NCBI GenBank assembly: GCA_902595855.1
Contig: CACJRY010000002.1
Coordinates: forward strand, 56,664-120,663
Origin: an uncultured Alphaproteobacteria bacterium
Lineage (GTDB): Bacteria; Pseudomonadota; Alphaproteobacteria; HIMB59; GCA-002718135
DNA: 64,000 bases
Direction of reading: 5' to 3'
Shown: one piece after another, positions 11,528-26,753 of the stretch
Position numbering within the stretch: the stretch's first letter is position 1
How the letters are laid out: each line of letters starts with the position of its first letter
Position numbers and translations under genes: made by a program
The notes under the pieces: model-generated
Database searches by the model: none
What the model was told of the DNA's origin: nothing
Seen by the model: the letters and a program-made list of their open reading frames with translations, nothing else

Positions 11528-12442
11528 ATGACTTTTTGGGAACGTAATCAACTAAGGCTTGCTCCATTTCTTTTCTTAGCGCCAGCAATCCTAATATTCT
11601 TTATTTATGTGATCTATCCAATTTTTGATTCAATTTGGGTTAGTTTCCATGAATGGAATGGAATGGACAAAGAAGGAACAAGAGGTAATGGAAATCCAAA
11701 TTGGAGGTGGGTTGGTTTAAATAACTATATTACTTTATTCACTGATGACGAGGAGTTTTATGTTTCTTTATTTAACAATGTTCGATGGTTAATTTTTAGT
11801 CTTTTAGCAATTCCAATCGGATTGATGTTAGCACTTTTTGTTAATCAAAAAATTTTAGGTATGAGATACATTAAATCACTTTTTTATTTTCCATTTGTAA
11901 TTAATGCTGTCGTTATAGGTGTAATTTTTACATGGTTTTATAATCCCAAATATGGAGCGCTAGCATATGTTTTAGGTTTTTTTGGATTAGATCCAGTACC
12001 TTTTTTGGCTGATGAAAATCTTGCAACTTATGGAATAATAATTGCATCTTTCTTTCCTGGTATTGCCTATACAATGATTCTTTATATTACTGGTTTAACA
12101 GGTGTTAGCAGAGAAATGATTGAAGCTGGAAGAATTGATGGAGCTTCAGGTTTTACGATGTTATGGAATGTTGTCCTTCCACAACTAAAACCTGCAACAT
12201 TAATAGCTATAGTTGTCACTATTGTTGGAGCTTTAAGAAGTTTTGATTTAATTGCGGTTATGACAGCTGGTGGGCCTTGGGGCAGTTCAGAAGTTTTAGC
12301 TTATAAAATGTATCAAGAGTCTCTTTTCAATTACAGAATGGGATATGGGGCTGCGATTGCAACCATATTGTTTTTAATTATGGATATTTATATTGCGTGG
12401 TTTTTATATAGACTTTTTAAAAATGAAAGGTCAGAAAAATAA
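11528..12442 (+). CDS. Carbohydrate ABC transporter permease (MalF-like)
   Basis: FLAPAIL, VGLNNY, EAA loop EMIEAGRIDGAS, ALRSFDLIAVMTAGGP. Confidence 0.94.
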   Translation: MTFWERNQLRLAPFLFLAPAILIFFIYVIYPIFDSIWVSFHEWNGMDKEGTRGNGNPNWRWVGLNNYITLFTDDEEFYVSLFNNVRWLIFSLLAIPIGLMLALFVNQKILGMRYIKSLFYFPFVINAVVIGVIFTWFYNPKYGALAYVLGFFGLDPVPFLADENLATYGIIIASFFPGIAYTMILYITGLTGVSREMIEAGRIDGASGFTMLWNVVLPQLKPATLIAIVVTIVGALRSFDLIAVMTAGGPWGSSEVLAYKMYQESLFNYRMGYGAAIATILFLIMDIYIAWFLYRLFKNERSEK

Positions 12443-13293
12443 TGTTTCCAACTCCTATTCAGAATTATTCTCTAAAAGTAAATATTGGTTACAGACTTTT
12501 GCTTTTATTTACCCTTATAATTTGGCTTCTGCCATTGGTAGCTGTTATGCTAACTTCTATGAGAACTTTTGATGATGTTCTAGCTGGAAATTACTGGACC
12601 TTCCCAGAAGAAACTGCAACTATTGCAAATTATACCGCTGTTTTTGAAGGTGGTAAAATGGGAAGGTTTTTTCTAAACAGTCTTATTATTACTCTACCTA
12701 CTGTTATTGGTACCTTGTTTTTAAGTTCCTTGGCTGGATATTCACTAGCAATGCATCGATTTAAATTAAATCTTTTAGTTTTTGCAATGTTTATCGCTGG
12801 AAATTTTGTTCCCTATCAAATTTTAATGATACCTGTTAGAAATATATCCATTGATATGGGGGTTTATAATACTCATATAGGTTTAATTATTTTCCATATT
12901 GCTTTTCAGACTGGTTTTTGTACTTTCTTTTTAAGAAATTTTATTAAAGAGCTACCTTTTGAATTAATTGAGGCAGCAAGAGCAGATGGTGCAACTGAAT
13001 GGACGATATATAGAAAAATTATTTTACCATTAATTGTTCCTGCTCTGGCAGCTTTGGGAGTGTTAGAATTCACATTTATTTGGAATGATTATTTTTGGGC
13101 TTTAGTTCTTACTCAAGGAGATACAGTTAAACCAATTACAGTTGGATTGGATGTTCTAAGAGGACAGTGGACTACTAGTTGGAATTTAGTATCTGCTGGT
13201 TCAGTTGTTGCTGCTTTACCTCCAGTTATTATGTTTTTTATTCTTCAAAAGCAATTTATACAAGGCCTTACTTTTGGTGCTGTAAAAGGTTAG
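12442..13293 (+). CDS. Carbohydrate ABC transporter permease (MalG-like)
   Basis: FLNSLIIT, ELIEAARADGA, FIWNDYFWAL, QKQFIQGLTFGAVKG C-terminus. Confidence 0.94.
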   Translation: MFPTPIQNYSLKVNIGYRLLLLFTLIIWLLPLVAVMLTSMRTFDDVLAGNYWTFPEETATIANYTAVFEGGKMGRFFLNSLIITLPTVIGTLFLSSLAGYSLAMHRFKLNLLVFAMFIAGNFVPYQILMIPVRNISIDMGVYNTHIGLIIFHIAFQTGFCTFFLRNFIKELPFELIEAARADGATEWTIYRKIILPLIVPALAALGVLEFTFIWNDYFWALVLTQGDTVKPITVGLDVLRGQWTTSWNLVSAGSVVAALPPVIMFFILQKQFIQGLTFGAVKG

Positions 13294-13334
13294 GGTGCTT
13301 GCAATAATTTAATTTATCTTTAAAGAGAAACAAC

Positions 13335-14399
13335 ATGGCTATAATCTCTCTTCGACAACTTTTAGATCACGCAGCTGAAAATAATTATGGCGTCCCAGCT
13401 TTTAACGTAAATAATTTAGAGCAAATTAGAGCAATTATGGAAGGCGCAAAAGAAGTTAATAGTCCTGTAATTGTTCAAGCGTCCGCTGGAGCAAGAAAAT
13501 ATGCAGGCCCAAGATTTATTAAAAGTATGATGGAGGCTGCAGTTGAGGAGTTTCCTGAAATCCCTATTGTAATGCATCAAGATCATGGAGGATCACCTAA
13601 AGATTGTAAAGTATGTATAGATCTTGGTTTTAGTTCAGTCATGATGGATGGATCATTATTAGAAGACCAAAAGACGCCTTCTGACTTTGAATATAACGTT
13701 AAAGTTACAAAAGAAACTGTTGATATGGCTCATGGTTTAGGTGTTTCTGTCGAGGGTGAGTTAGGTTGTTTAGGTTCTCTTGAAACTGGTATGGGTGAAA
13801 AAGAAGATGGTGTTGGAGCTGAAGGTGTTTTATCGCATGAGCAATTATTAACAGATCCGGATGAAGCAGCTGAATTTGTAAAATCTACAAACGTAGATGC
13901 TCTTGCAATTGCAATTGGAACAAGTCATGGTGCGTATAAATTTTCAAGACCTCCATCAGGCGATATATTAGCAATTGAGAGAATAAGAGAAATAAATAGT
14001 AAGTTGCCTAACACACATTTAGTTATGCATGGCTCCTCATCAGTACCTCAGGATTTAATTAAAGTGATCAACGAAAACGGTGGCAAAATTAAAGAAACGT
14101 ATGGTGTTCCAGTATCAGAAATACAAGAAGGCATTATGCATGGTGTTAGAAAAATAAATATTGATACAGATTTAAGGCTCGCTTCTACTGCTGCTATAAG
14201 AAAACATTTTAGCAATGACCCCTCTCAATTTGATCCAAGAAAATATCTCATTGATTCAAAAGAGTGGATGAAAAAAATTGTAACTACACGTTTAACTGAG
14301 TTTGGGTGTGCTGAAAATGCTTCTAAGATTAAACCAATACCACTAGCAAATATTGCTTCTAAATATAGTTCTGGTGAACTGTCACCATCAATAAAATAA
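13335..14399 (+). CDS. fba: Class II fructose-bisphosphate aldolase (CbbA-like subtype)
   Basis: [69 protein letters not shown]. Confidence 0.96.
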   Translation: MAIISLRQLLDHAAENNYGVPAFNVNNLEQIRAIMEGAKEVNSPVIVQASAGARKYAGPRFIKSMMEAAVEEFPEIPIVMHQDHGGSPKDCKVCIDLGFSSVMMDGSLLEDQKTPSDFEYNVKVTKETVDMAHGLGVSVEGELGCLGSLETGMGEKEDGVGAEGVLSHEQLLTDPDEAAEFVKSTNVDALAIAIGTSHGAYKFSRPPSGDILAIERIREINSKLPNTHLVMHGSSSVPQDLIKVINENGGKIKETYGVPVSEIQEGIMHGVRKINIDTDLRLASTAAIRKHFSNDPSQFDPRKYLIDSKEWMKKIVTTRLTEFGCAENASKIKPIPLANIASKYSSGELSPSIK

Positions 14400-15439
14400 T
14401 GAATAAAATACGTTGGGGTATTATTGGTCCTGGTGCAATTGCCCACAACTTTGCTGACGCATTAAAGCAGTCCTATTCTGGCGAATTGCTAGCAATTGCC
14501 AGTAGAACCAGTGCCAGATTGGCAGAATTTGGAAATAAATACAATATAAATAAAGAATTTAGATTTAACGATTATGATCAGTTACTTGAAAATGAAAATA
14601 TAGATGCAGTATACATTTCAACACCGCATGTTTTTCATGCTGATTTAACTATTAAAGCTGCTGGTAAAGGAAAGCATATACTTTGTGAAAAACCTGGAGC
14701 TGTGAATTTTAAACAAACTTATGAAGTTATTGAAAAAGTAAAAGAGGCTGGCGTATTTTATAAAGAAGGTTTTATGTACCGATGTCATCCACAAATACCC
14801 GCTTTAATAAATTTGATTAAAAATAAAACCATAGGGAATGTTAATTTAATTACATCTTCGTTTGGGTTTGATATGCAAAAGATTATTCCAGATCATAGGC
14901 TCTTCGATAAGAGTTTGGCAGGAGGGTCTATCCTTGATGTTGGATTATATCCTGTATCTTTATCAAGAATGATAGCGGGGGTTGCTCTAGGAAAAAAATT
15001 TGTTAACCCCATTTCAATTTCTGCAGATGCAAAAATAGGGGAGACTGGTGTTGATGAAGTAGCTTCAGCTAAACTTTTTTTTGAAAATAATATAACCGCA
15101 GTCATATCAACATCAATAATGCAAAATATGGATAATAATGCAGTCATTGAAGGTGAAAATGGTAAAATCATAGTTGATGATCCATGGATGCCAGGAAGAG
15201 ATGGCGGTCCTTATGATACAAAAATTAGAGTTATCACTAATAATGATGAGAGTATCGAGGCGTTTAAAGGGCCAGAGCATCTTTTTTTCTTTGAGGCTGA
15301 GCTTGCTTCTCAAACTATTTTAAAACAACGTACAGAAGTTCCATATCCAGGCATGACATGGGATGACAGCCTTGGTAATATTAAAGTTCTTGATATGTGG
15401 AGAGAAGAAATCGGTTATTATATAGAGGAGGATAATTAA
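14399..15439 (+). CDS. Gfo/Idh/MocA family NAD(P)-dependent oxidoreductase
   Basis: IRWGIIGPGAIA, DAVYISTPHVFH, HILCEKP, FMYRCHPQ, GGSILDVGLYP. Confidence 0.9.
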   Translation: MNKIRWGIIGPGAIAHNFADALKQSYSGELLAIASRTSARLAEFGNKYNINKEFRFNDYDQLLENENIDAVYISTPHVFHADLTIKAAGKGKHILCEKPGAVNFKQTYEVIEKVKEAGVFYKEGFMYRCHPQIPALINLIKNKTIGNVNLITSSFGFDMQKIIPDHRLFDKSLAGGSILDVGLYPVSLSRMIAGVALGKKFVNPISISADAKIGETGVDEVASAKLFFENNITAVISTSIMQNMDNNAVIEGENGKIIVDDPWMPGRDGGPYDTKIRVITNNDESIEAFKGPEHLFFFEAELASQTILKQRTEVPYPGMTWDDSLGNIKVLDMWREEIGYYIEEDN

Positions 15440-15440
15440 T

Positions 15441-16403
15441 ATGCAGTACGACTCAATTGATGGTCTTGATAAAAAAATATCAAAATTAATAATGGGCAAT
15501 GACAATCAAATATACTTTGATGAAGCTGCTAAATTGTGGGATCATTGGATTGAGGTGGGAGGAAATGCTTTTGATAATGCACATATTTATGGCCAAGGAT
15601 CTATGGAAAAACTTTTGGGAGACTGGCATAGAAAAAGAAAAAATTTAAAAGATCTTGTTATTATTGCAAAAGGCGCTCATACACCTAATTGTGATCCAAA
15701 AAGTATTACATCTCAACTAACAGAGTCTTTGGATAGATTGCAAACTGAAACTGCTGATATTTACATTATGCATCGAGATAATACTGAAATTCCAGTTGAT
15801 GAATTTATTGATGTTTTAAATGAAGAAAAAAATAAAGGTAGAATAAAAATTTTTGGTGGTTCAAATTGGACATTAAGTCGTTTTAAAGAAGCTAATAAAT
15901 GGGCAGAAGAAAATAATAAAGTTAAATTAAGTATACTAAATAACAATTTGGCCTTATGTAAAATGATCAAACCTTTGTGGGATGGGTGCATATCATCTAA
16001 CAAAGAAGAAATTCTTGAGTATTTAGAAAGTACAAAAACGGCACATTTATCATGGTCAAGTCAAGGCAGGGGATACTTTCTGCCAGATGAAATTACACAA
16101 CAGATAGAAGAAAAAATAACAAAAGATGAGTCATCTTGGCGTCAACTAGGAGAGCATTCAAGTGGCCCAATTAGCTGTTTTGATAGTGAAGATAATAGAG
16201 AGAGAAAATCAAGAGTAATTGATCTTGCTAAAAAACAAAACACTGACTCCCAGAATATTGCTGGTGCTTGGCCACTTAACCTTGATTTTCCATCTTTTGC
16301 ACTAATAGGTCCAAGAATTATTTCTGAGATTGACTCAAGTTTGAAAAATCTTGATGTTAGTTTAACTAAAGAGCAAGTGGATTGGTTAAATTTAAAATCT
16401 TAA
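15441..16403 (+). CDS. Aldo/keto reductase
   Basis: FDNAHIYG, IIAKG, LTESLDRL...DIYIMHRD, GRIKIFGGSNW, WSSQGRG. Confidence 0.88.
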   Translation: MQYDSIDGLDKKISKLIMGNDNQIYFDEAAKLWDHWIEVGGNAFDNAHIYGQGSMEKLLGDWHRKRKNLKDLVIIAKGAHTPNCDPKSITSQLTESLDRLQTETADIYIMHRDNTEIPVDEFIDVLNEEKNKGRIKIFGGSNWTLSRFKEANKWAEENNKVKLSILNNNLALCKMIKPLWDGCISSNKEEILEYLESTKTAHLSWSSQGRGYFLPDEITQQIEEKITKDESSWRQLGEHSSGPISCFDSEDNRERKSRVIDLAKKQNTDSQNIAGAWPLNLDFPSFALIGPRIISEIDSSLKNLDVSLTKEQVDWLNLKS

Positions 16404-17425
16404 GATACTTTTCCATCACTTTTTCCTTTATTTAATATTGGTTTAATTAATTTATACAGATTTTCAGGTTTTACTCCCTGATCTAATTGTTCTAACATTT
16501 TTATTGCCATTTTACCCATTTCAGCCAATGGATGACTGATGTATGTTACATTTTGTGAACTTAGATAATTATCATGATCATTATATCCTACGACTGATAT
16601 GTCCTTGGCTATGACAAGCCCTCTTCTTTGACACTCTTGAAGACATCCAATAAAATATTTATCCAATGAACAAATGATTGCTGTTGGTGAATCTTTTAAA
16701 TCAAGCAATTTTTTTGATAAACTTATTCCAGTAACGGTGGCGTGATCAAGAGACTCTAGATAATATTTTGTATTAAGTTTAATATTTTTATTTTTGTGAA
16801 ATTCTTCGTAGGCTTTTTTTCTTTGATAGCCATAATTAAAGCTTTGGTGAACATTAATAAAACCAATTTTTCGATGACCAAAATCGTATAATCTTTGCAT
16901 TAAAATTTCTATACTTTTTTCATTATCTAGATCAATCCAGGAGTAATTGTCTTTTGTAGAAGATCTACCCCAAGTAACGAAATTGATTTTATTTTTTTTA
17001 AGAAAATCTATTCTTTTGTCATTTTTTTTAATACGATAAAATACAAATTTATCGACAAGATCTGCATCTATCAATTTTTGATAGTAATTAAATTCATCTT
17101 TTTCATTTGTAAAAAACTTAAAAATTAATTCTGTTGGTTTGTCTTTTACACCAATTGTTAATCCAGCAAGAAATTCCATCAAAACATAATCTTGTGCTTT
17201 TCGATCTATTGTAGTTATAAAAGCAATTGTATCTGGTTTCTGTGATGCTAATCTTCGTGCATTTAAATTTGGATAATAATTATATTTCTGAGCCGCTTTA
17301 AAAATTTTTTCTTTGGTTTTGACTGAAATATTTGAATGACCATTTAATGCTCTAGAGATAGAAGTTACGGATACACCAATTTTTTTGGACAAATCAGTAA
17401 TTTTTATTCTTTTTACAGTCTTCAT
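16400..17425 (-). CDS. LacI-family transcriptional regulator
   Basis: N-terminal HTH KITDLSKKIGVSVTSISRALNG...YYPNLNARRL; sugar-binding domain GHRKIGFI, PTAIIC, DISVVGYND. Confidence 0.93.
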   Translation of the reverse strand: MKTVKRIKITDLSKKIGVSVTSISRALNGHSNISVKTKEKIFKAAQKYNYYPNLNARRLASQKPDTIAFITTIDRKAQDYVLMEFLAGLTIGVKDKPTELIFKFFTNEKDEFNYYQKLIDADLVDKFVFYRIKKNDKRIDFLKKNKINFVTWGRSSTKDNYSWIDLDNEKSIEILMQRLYDFGHRKIGFINVHQSFNYGYQRKKAYEEFHKNKNIKLNTKYYLESLDHATVTGISLSKKLLDLKDSPTAIICSLDKYFIGCLQECQRRGLVIAKDISVVGYNDHDNYLSSQNVTYISHPLAEMGKMAIKMLEQLDQGVKPENLYKLIKPILNKGKSDGKVS

Positions 17426-17470
17426 TTTAATATTTTTATAGACATAATTTTAAATAATCAACAAATTCAA

Positions 17471-17492
17471 TTGACAAGTAAAACGTTTCACT
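17471..17492 (+). promoter_or_regulatory. -35 hexamer TTGACA followed directly by a LacI-type operator
   Basis: TTGACA at 17471-17476, then AGTAAAACGTTTCACT at 17477-17492 (14/16 palindromic, central CG typical of LacI-family operators), in the divergent gap next to the LacI gene. Confidence 0.75.
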
Positions 17493-17547
17493 AAAAAGTA
17501 CAATTTCTAATTTTCAAATTAGAAAAAATTTTTTATATAGGAGGGGT

Positions 17548-18321
17548 ATGGATAAGAAGAATATTTCAATTCAATTATATACTGCAAGGCATTTTAAGCC
17601 TTTTGAGCCAGTATTAGATTTTTTTTTTGAGACAGGAATTAGAAATATTGAATTATTTGGACTCGAATCAATTGATATAGATCATTTCCAAAAAATGATG
17701 AGTTCGTCAAATATTTCTGCAAAATCAACTCATGTGAGTTTTGAGGCACTAAAGGAGTCACAAAATATAATTGAGAAGGCAAAAAAATTAAATATTAAAC
17801 ATGTAATAGTACCTGCCCCACCAGCTATAAAAAATGTAGAGTTTAAAAATACTTTTGATATGAATGAACAGGAATGGACGACATTTGGAAAAGATTTATC
17901 AAAACATGTAAAGGAATTTGAAGACGCAGGATTAACTCTTGGTTACCATAATCATTCCTATGAGTTTGTTGCACTCCCAAGTGGAAAATTACCAATTGAA
18001 TGTATGATGGAACATGATGAAAATTTAAAATTTGAAATTGATCTTGGTTGGGCAGTTGCAGGTGGTGCAGATCCAAAAATATGGATTGAGAAATATTCGG
18101 ATAAAATAGTTGCTTGTCATTTAAAAGATTTTTTTGATAAAGAAAAAGATATGTTAGATCATGGTAATCAATCTGCAGTCGGAGATGGTTTTATTGATTG
18201 GGTAGAGCTATTAGATAATATTAGTAAAACAAAATGTGAGTTATTTATTCTAGAGCATGATGATCCAAAAGATTATAAAGATTATACCAAAAGATCTTTA
18301 GATAATTTAGGAAAATTATAA
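17548..18321 (+). CDS. Sugar phosphate isomerase/epimerase (xylose-isomerase-like TIM barrel)
   Basis: ISIQLYTAR, LGYHNHSYEF, FEIDLGW, CHLKD, VGDGFIDW, ILEHD metal-binding pattern; AGGAGG RBS. Confidence 0.88.
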   Translation: MDKKNISIQLYTARHFKPFEPVLDFFFETGIRNIELFGLESIDIDHFQKMMSSSNISAKSTHVSFEALKESQNIIEKAKKLNIKHVIVPAPPAIKNVEFKNTFDMNEQEWTTFGKDLSKHVKEFEDAGLTLGYHNHSYEFVALPSGKLPIECMMEHDENLKFEIDLGWAVAGGADPKIWIEKYSDKIVACHLKDFFDKEKDMLDHGNQSAVGDGFIDWVELLDNISKTKCELFILEHDDPKDYKDYTKRSLDNLGKL

Positions 18322-18322
18322 A

Positions 18323-19453
18323 ATGAAAGTTGGAATAATTGGATGTGGAAACATTTCAGAGACATATTTTAATTGTCAAAAAATATTTAATAACTTTGAA
18401 ATAACTGCTTGTGCGGACATAAATACAGAATATGCAAGTAAAAGCGCTGAACATTTTAATGTGAAGGCTCAAAGTGTTAATGATATTTTATCAAACAAAG
18501 ATATTGATTTAATTATTAATCTTACAATTCCATCTGCTCATAAGGAAATAATTATTAAATCTTTAAATGCTGGAAAACATTGTTTTAGTGAAAAACCTCT
18601 AGCAATGAATATGGAAGAGGGGCTAGAAATTCAAAAACTAACTAGTGAAAAAAATCTTTATGTTGGGTGTGCTCCTGATACTTTTCTAGGTGCGGCTGGG
18701 CAAAATGCAAGAAAATTGATTGAAAACAATAAAATAGGAAAAGTAGTATTAGGTACTTTTAATCTAATGTCACATGGAATGGAACATTGGCACCCAAATC
18801 CAGATTTCTTTTTTAAACCTGGCGCTGGACCTGTATTTGATCTTGGTGTTTATTATATAACTCAATTAATTAATTTAATTGGGCCTGTGAAATCTATTAG
18901 TTCATTAAGTGGTACAGCAACGAAAGAAAGAATAATTACGAGCAAACCAAGAAATGGAGAAAAAATAATAGTTGAAACACCCACTACTTTATTAGGATCT
19001 CTTGAGTTTCACAATAATGCAAAAATTCAATTCTTTTGTTCTTGGGATGTTTGGAAACATAATCATTCAACAATTGAACTTTATGGACTAGAAGGATCAA
19101 TGATTGTACCAGATCCAAATTTCTTTAGTGGCGATATTTTAATATCAAAAAAAGATGAAGATTGGGAAACAATTAATAATGATAGTATGCTCTTAGGTAT
19201 TCCAAATAAAAAGGACAATGATGGTTCCAAGATTGCTAATTATAGAGGGATAGGTTTATCAGATATGATTGATGCTATTAATAATCAAAGAAAAGCCAGA
19301 TGTTCTCTTGATTTAGCATTGCATGTGTTAGAAGTAATGGAAGGAATAATTAAATCATCAGAACTAAAAGAAGTGTATTATTTGAATTCAAAACCTGAGC
19401 AGCCAAAATTTTTGGATGAAACTAAAATAGAAAAATTAAAGGTTGAGCTTTAA
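18323..19453 (+). CDS. Gfo/Idh/MocA family oxidoreductase
   Basis: VGIIGCGNIS, NLTIPSAH, HCFSEKPLA, GCAPDTFLG, HWHPNPDFFFKPGAGPVFDLGVYY. Confidence 0.9.
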   Translation: MKVGIIGCGNISETYFNCQKIFNNFEITACADINTEYASKSAEHFNVKAQSVNDILSNKDIDLIINLTIPSAHKEIIIKSLNAGKHCFSEKPLAMNMEEGLEIQKLTSEKNLYVGCAPDTFLGAAGQNARKLIENNKIGKVVLGTFNLMSHGMEHWHPNPDFFFKPGAGPVFDLGVYYITQLINLIGPVKSISSLSGTATKERIITSKPRNGEKIIVETPTTLLGSLEFHNNAKIQFFCSWDVWKHNHSTIELYGLEGSMIVPDPNFFSGDILISKKDEDWETINNDSMLLGIPNKKDNDGSKIANYRGIGLSDMIDAINNQRKARCSLDLALHVLEVMEGIIKSSELKEVYYLNSKPEQPKFLDETKIEKLKVEL

Positions 19454-20055
19454 TTTATTATTTTAGAATAACTTAAATCATTTTGAGCAATTAATTTTGC
19501 ATTAAATTTTTCTAAATTATAATCTACTGTTTTTAACATCGAATTAAATTCAGATCTTTTGGTCACAACTAGAGAAATATCGGCTACTAAAAGATCAATC
19601 ACAAAGTACCGATTTTTTGATTTTTTCACTCTCCATGTAACTAGTATTGATCCAGTATCTGAGTAAATTTCCATATCAATCATTGATACATTATTTTTTT
19701 CATCATAATCAGAATTTTTTAATTCATAATTTTGATTTGAATATCCTTGCATCATAGAGGCAATATTTAGTGCTAAATGCCTTTTAAATAATTTAATATA
19801 TTCCAATTTTGTATCTTTTGATGCTCCATTCCAACTTTTTCCAGCTACAAACTTTGCTATTCCTGATCCTGCAAAATTATTATTTATGGTTTGTTCTATC
19901 ATTAAAAATCTGTTTTCATTGGGAAGATCATTGTTTTGATATGCATAAATTATTTTATCTATCTCTGTTTTAAGCCAATTTTTTGCTTCATCAGAATAAG
20001 CATTAAAGGGTAGCAACAATATTATAGCAAATGATATAGTTCTCAAAATTTGCAT
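19450..20055 (-). CDS. mlaC: MlaC/Ttg2D-family phospholipid-binding protein
   Basis: Signal peptide; C-terminal VTWRV...VIDLLVADISLVVTKRSEFNSML; coupled to mlaA. Confidence 0.8.
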   Translation of the reverse strand: MQILRTISFAIILLLPFNAYSDEAKNWLKTEIDKIIYAYQNNDLPNENRFLMIEQTINNNFAGSGIAKFVAGKSWNGASKDTKLEYIKLFKRHLALNIASMMQGYSNQNYELKNSDYDEKNNVSMIDMEIYSDTGSILVTWRVKKSKNRYFVIDLLVADISLVVTKRSEFNSMLKTVDYNLEKFNAKLIAQNDLSYSKIIN

Positions 20056-20840
20056 TATTCAAATTCAATACTTATGAGCGGCAAAGGAGTTAATATATCA
20101 TCATCTGTATTCATTATCGCAGCTTTTCTATTTTGATAGTAAGAACTTCTTACCGCAGCATAATAATCTACAGAATTATCTCTAAGAGCGTTAACTTGAT
20201 CTATAATTTTAGACCTTTGATCAACTGCATTTGCTGCAGTTCTAAGAGGTATAGCCCAACCCTCTCCTTGTCTTGACGCATAGGAATTTACGGGATCTGT
20301 CATCATGGTCAACATCATTCCTGTTGTATCTCTTACATTTGAAGGGCCAAATAGAGGTAAGACAATATAAAAACCATCACCCACTCCCCAGGTTGCAAGA
20401 GTTTGGCCAAAATCTTCCTCTTTTTGTTCTAGACCAAAATCATCAGCAACGTCAATTAATCCAAATATTCCAACAGTAGAGTTTACAAAAAATCTCCCAG
20501 TCGATTCTGCTGCATTTTTTCCTTGTCCTTGAAGTAATTGATTTAATGCAACTAGAGGTAATTTAAGATTATTGATAAAGTTACCAATTCCACTCTGTAT
20601 TGGAGATGGTAATTTTTTATAACCTTTTGCTGCAGGCTCTAAAATTACTTTATCAGCCACATTATTAAATCCAAATACTGCTCTATTAATTCCTTCTAGA
20701 GGATCATAAATTTCATCCTCAAATGTTGAAGTTTCAAAATCATCTGAACTTGTATTTACATCATCAGAAGCACCCGCATAAAGATTAAAACTAATAAAAA
20801 TAATAACTAAAGTAGCTAAAAACTGTTTAAATTTATTCAT
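20055..20840 (-). CDS. mlaA: MlaA/VacJ lipid-asymmetry maintenance protein
   Basis: DPLEGINRAVFGFN, RFFVNSTVGIFGLID, EDFGQTLATWG, YIVLPLFGPSNVRD. Confidence 0.93.
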   Translation of the reverse strand: MNKFKQFLATLVIIFISFNLYAGASDDVNTSSDDFETSTFEDEIYDPLEGINRAVFGFNNVADKVILEPAAKGYKKLPSPIQSGIGNFINNLKLPLVALNQLLQGQGKNAAESTGRFFVNSTVGIFGLIDVADDFGLEQKEEDFGQTLATWGVGDGFYIVLPLFGPSNVRDTTGMMLTMMTDPVNSYASRQGEGWAIPLRTAANAVDQRSKIIDQVNALRDNSVDYYAAVRSSYYQNRKAAIMNTDDDILTPLPLISIEFE

Positions 20841-20913
20841 TATTAATTAAGTATTTTGTATTCTAATTATATAGTTTAATTTTTTAATATTATATAACTT
20901 TTATAGCATAAAT

Positions 20914-25949
<5,036 letters not shown>

Positions 25950-25984
25950 AAATACTGATATATATTGAATAGTAGTAAATTTGA

Positions 25985-26749
25985 ATGAAATTAATTCATA
26001 AATTTAAATCCTTAAATTATGATAAAAGAGAAAATAAACAAATTACTCATTTAATATTACATTATACTGCATTACCTTCAATTGAAGACTCAATAAAGTA
26101 TTTATGTGAAAGCAAGAATAAGGTTAGTTGTCATTATATTATAAGTCAAAATGGTAAAATTTATAATTTAGTTAATGATAAATATAGAGCTTGGCATGCT
26201 GGTCATTCAGAGTGGTTATTTGAAAAGGATATTAATAGTGCGTCAATTGGAATAGAATTAGATTTTAGTCCAAATCATAACAATAATCAATTCTCAAAAT
26301 TATTAATTTTTTCACTAATTTCATTAATAAAGTATCTTAAAAAAAAATATAATATTGATAAAAAAAATATTTTAGGTCATTCAGATATTGCACCTTATAG
26401 AAAAATTGACCCTGGTAAAAAATTTCCTTGGAAAAAATTATATAATTTAAATTTATCTTATAGTCCTGTAAAAATAAAAAATTCAGAAATAAAAAAATTA
26501 AAAATTTGGTTTAAAAAAAATTTAATTTATACAGATAAGAAAAAAATACTTATAATGTTAAGCATCATTGGTTATGATATTTCTAAATCAATTAACGATA
26601 AAAAATTTTATAGAATTCTGCTAAAAAATTACAGAAATCATTTTATTCAGAAAAGTCATTATAAAAATTCAACGATAAAATTAATCAATTTTGCTGAACA
26701 GCATTTATGCAGTTTATTATTGACCAAAAACAAAAAATTAAATAATTAG
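25985..26749 (+). CDS. N-acetylmuramoyl-L-alanine amidase (Amidase_2, AmiD/AmpD-like)
   Basis: LILHYT, VSCHYII, RAWHAG, NSASIGIEL, ILGHSDIAPYRKIDPG; lies upstream of rnpB-mraZ. Confidence 0.92.
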   Translation: MKLIHKFKSLNYDKRENKQITHLILHYTALPSIEDSIKYLCESKNKVSCHYIISQNGKIYNLVNDKYRAWHAGHSEWLFEKDINSASIGIELDFSPNHNNNQFSKLLIFSLISLIKYLKKKYNIDKKNILGHSDIAPYRKIDPGKKFPWKKLYNLNLSYSPVKIKNSEIKKLKIWFKKNLIYTDKKKILIMLSIIGYDISKSINDKKFYRILLKNYRNHFIQKSHYKNSTIKLINFAEQHLCSLLLTKNKKLNN

Positions 26750-26753
26750 TAAT

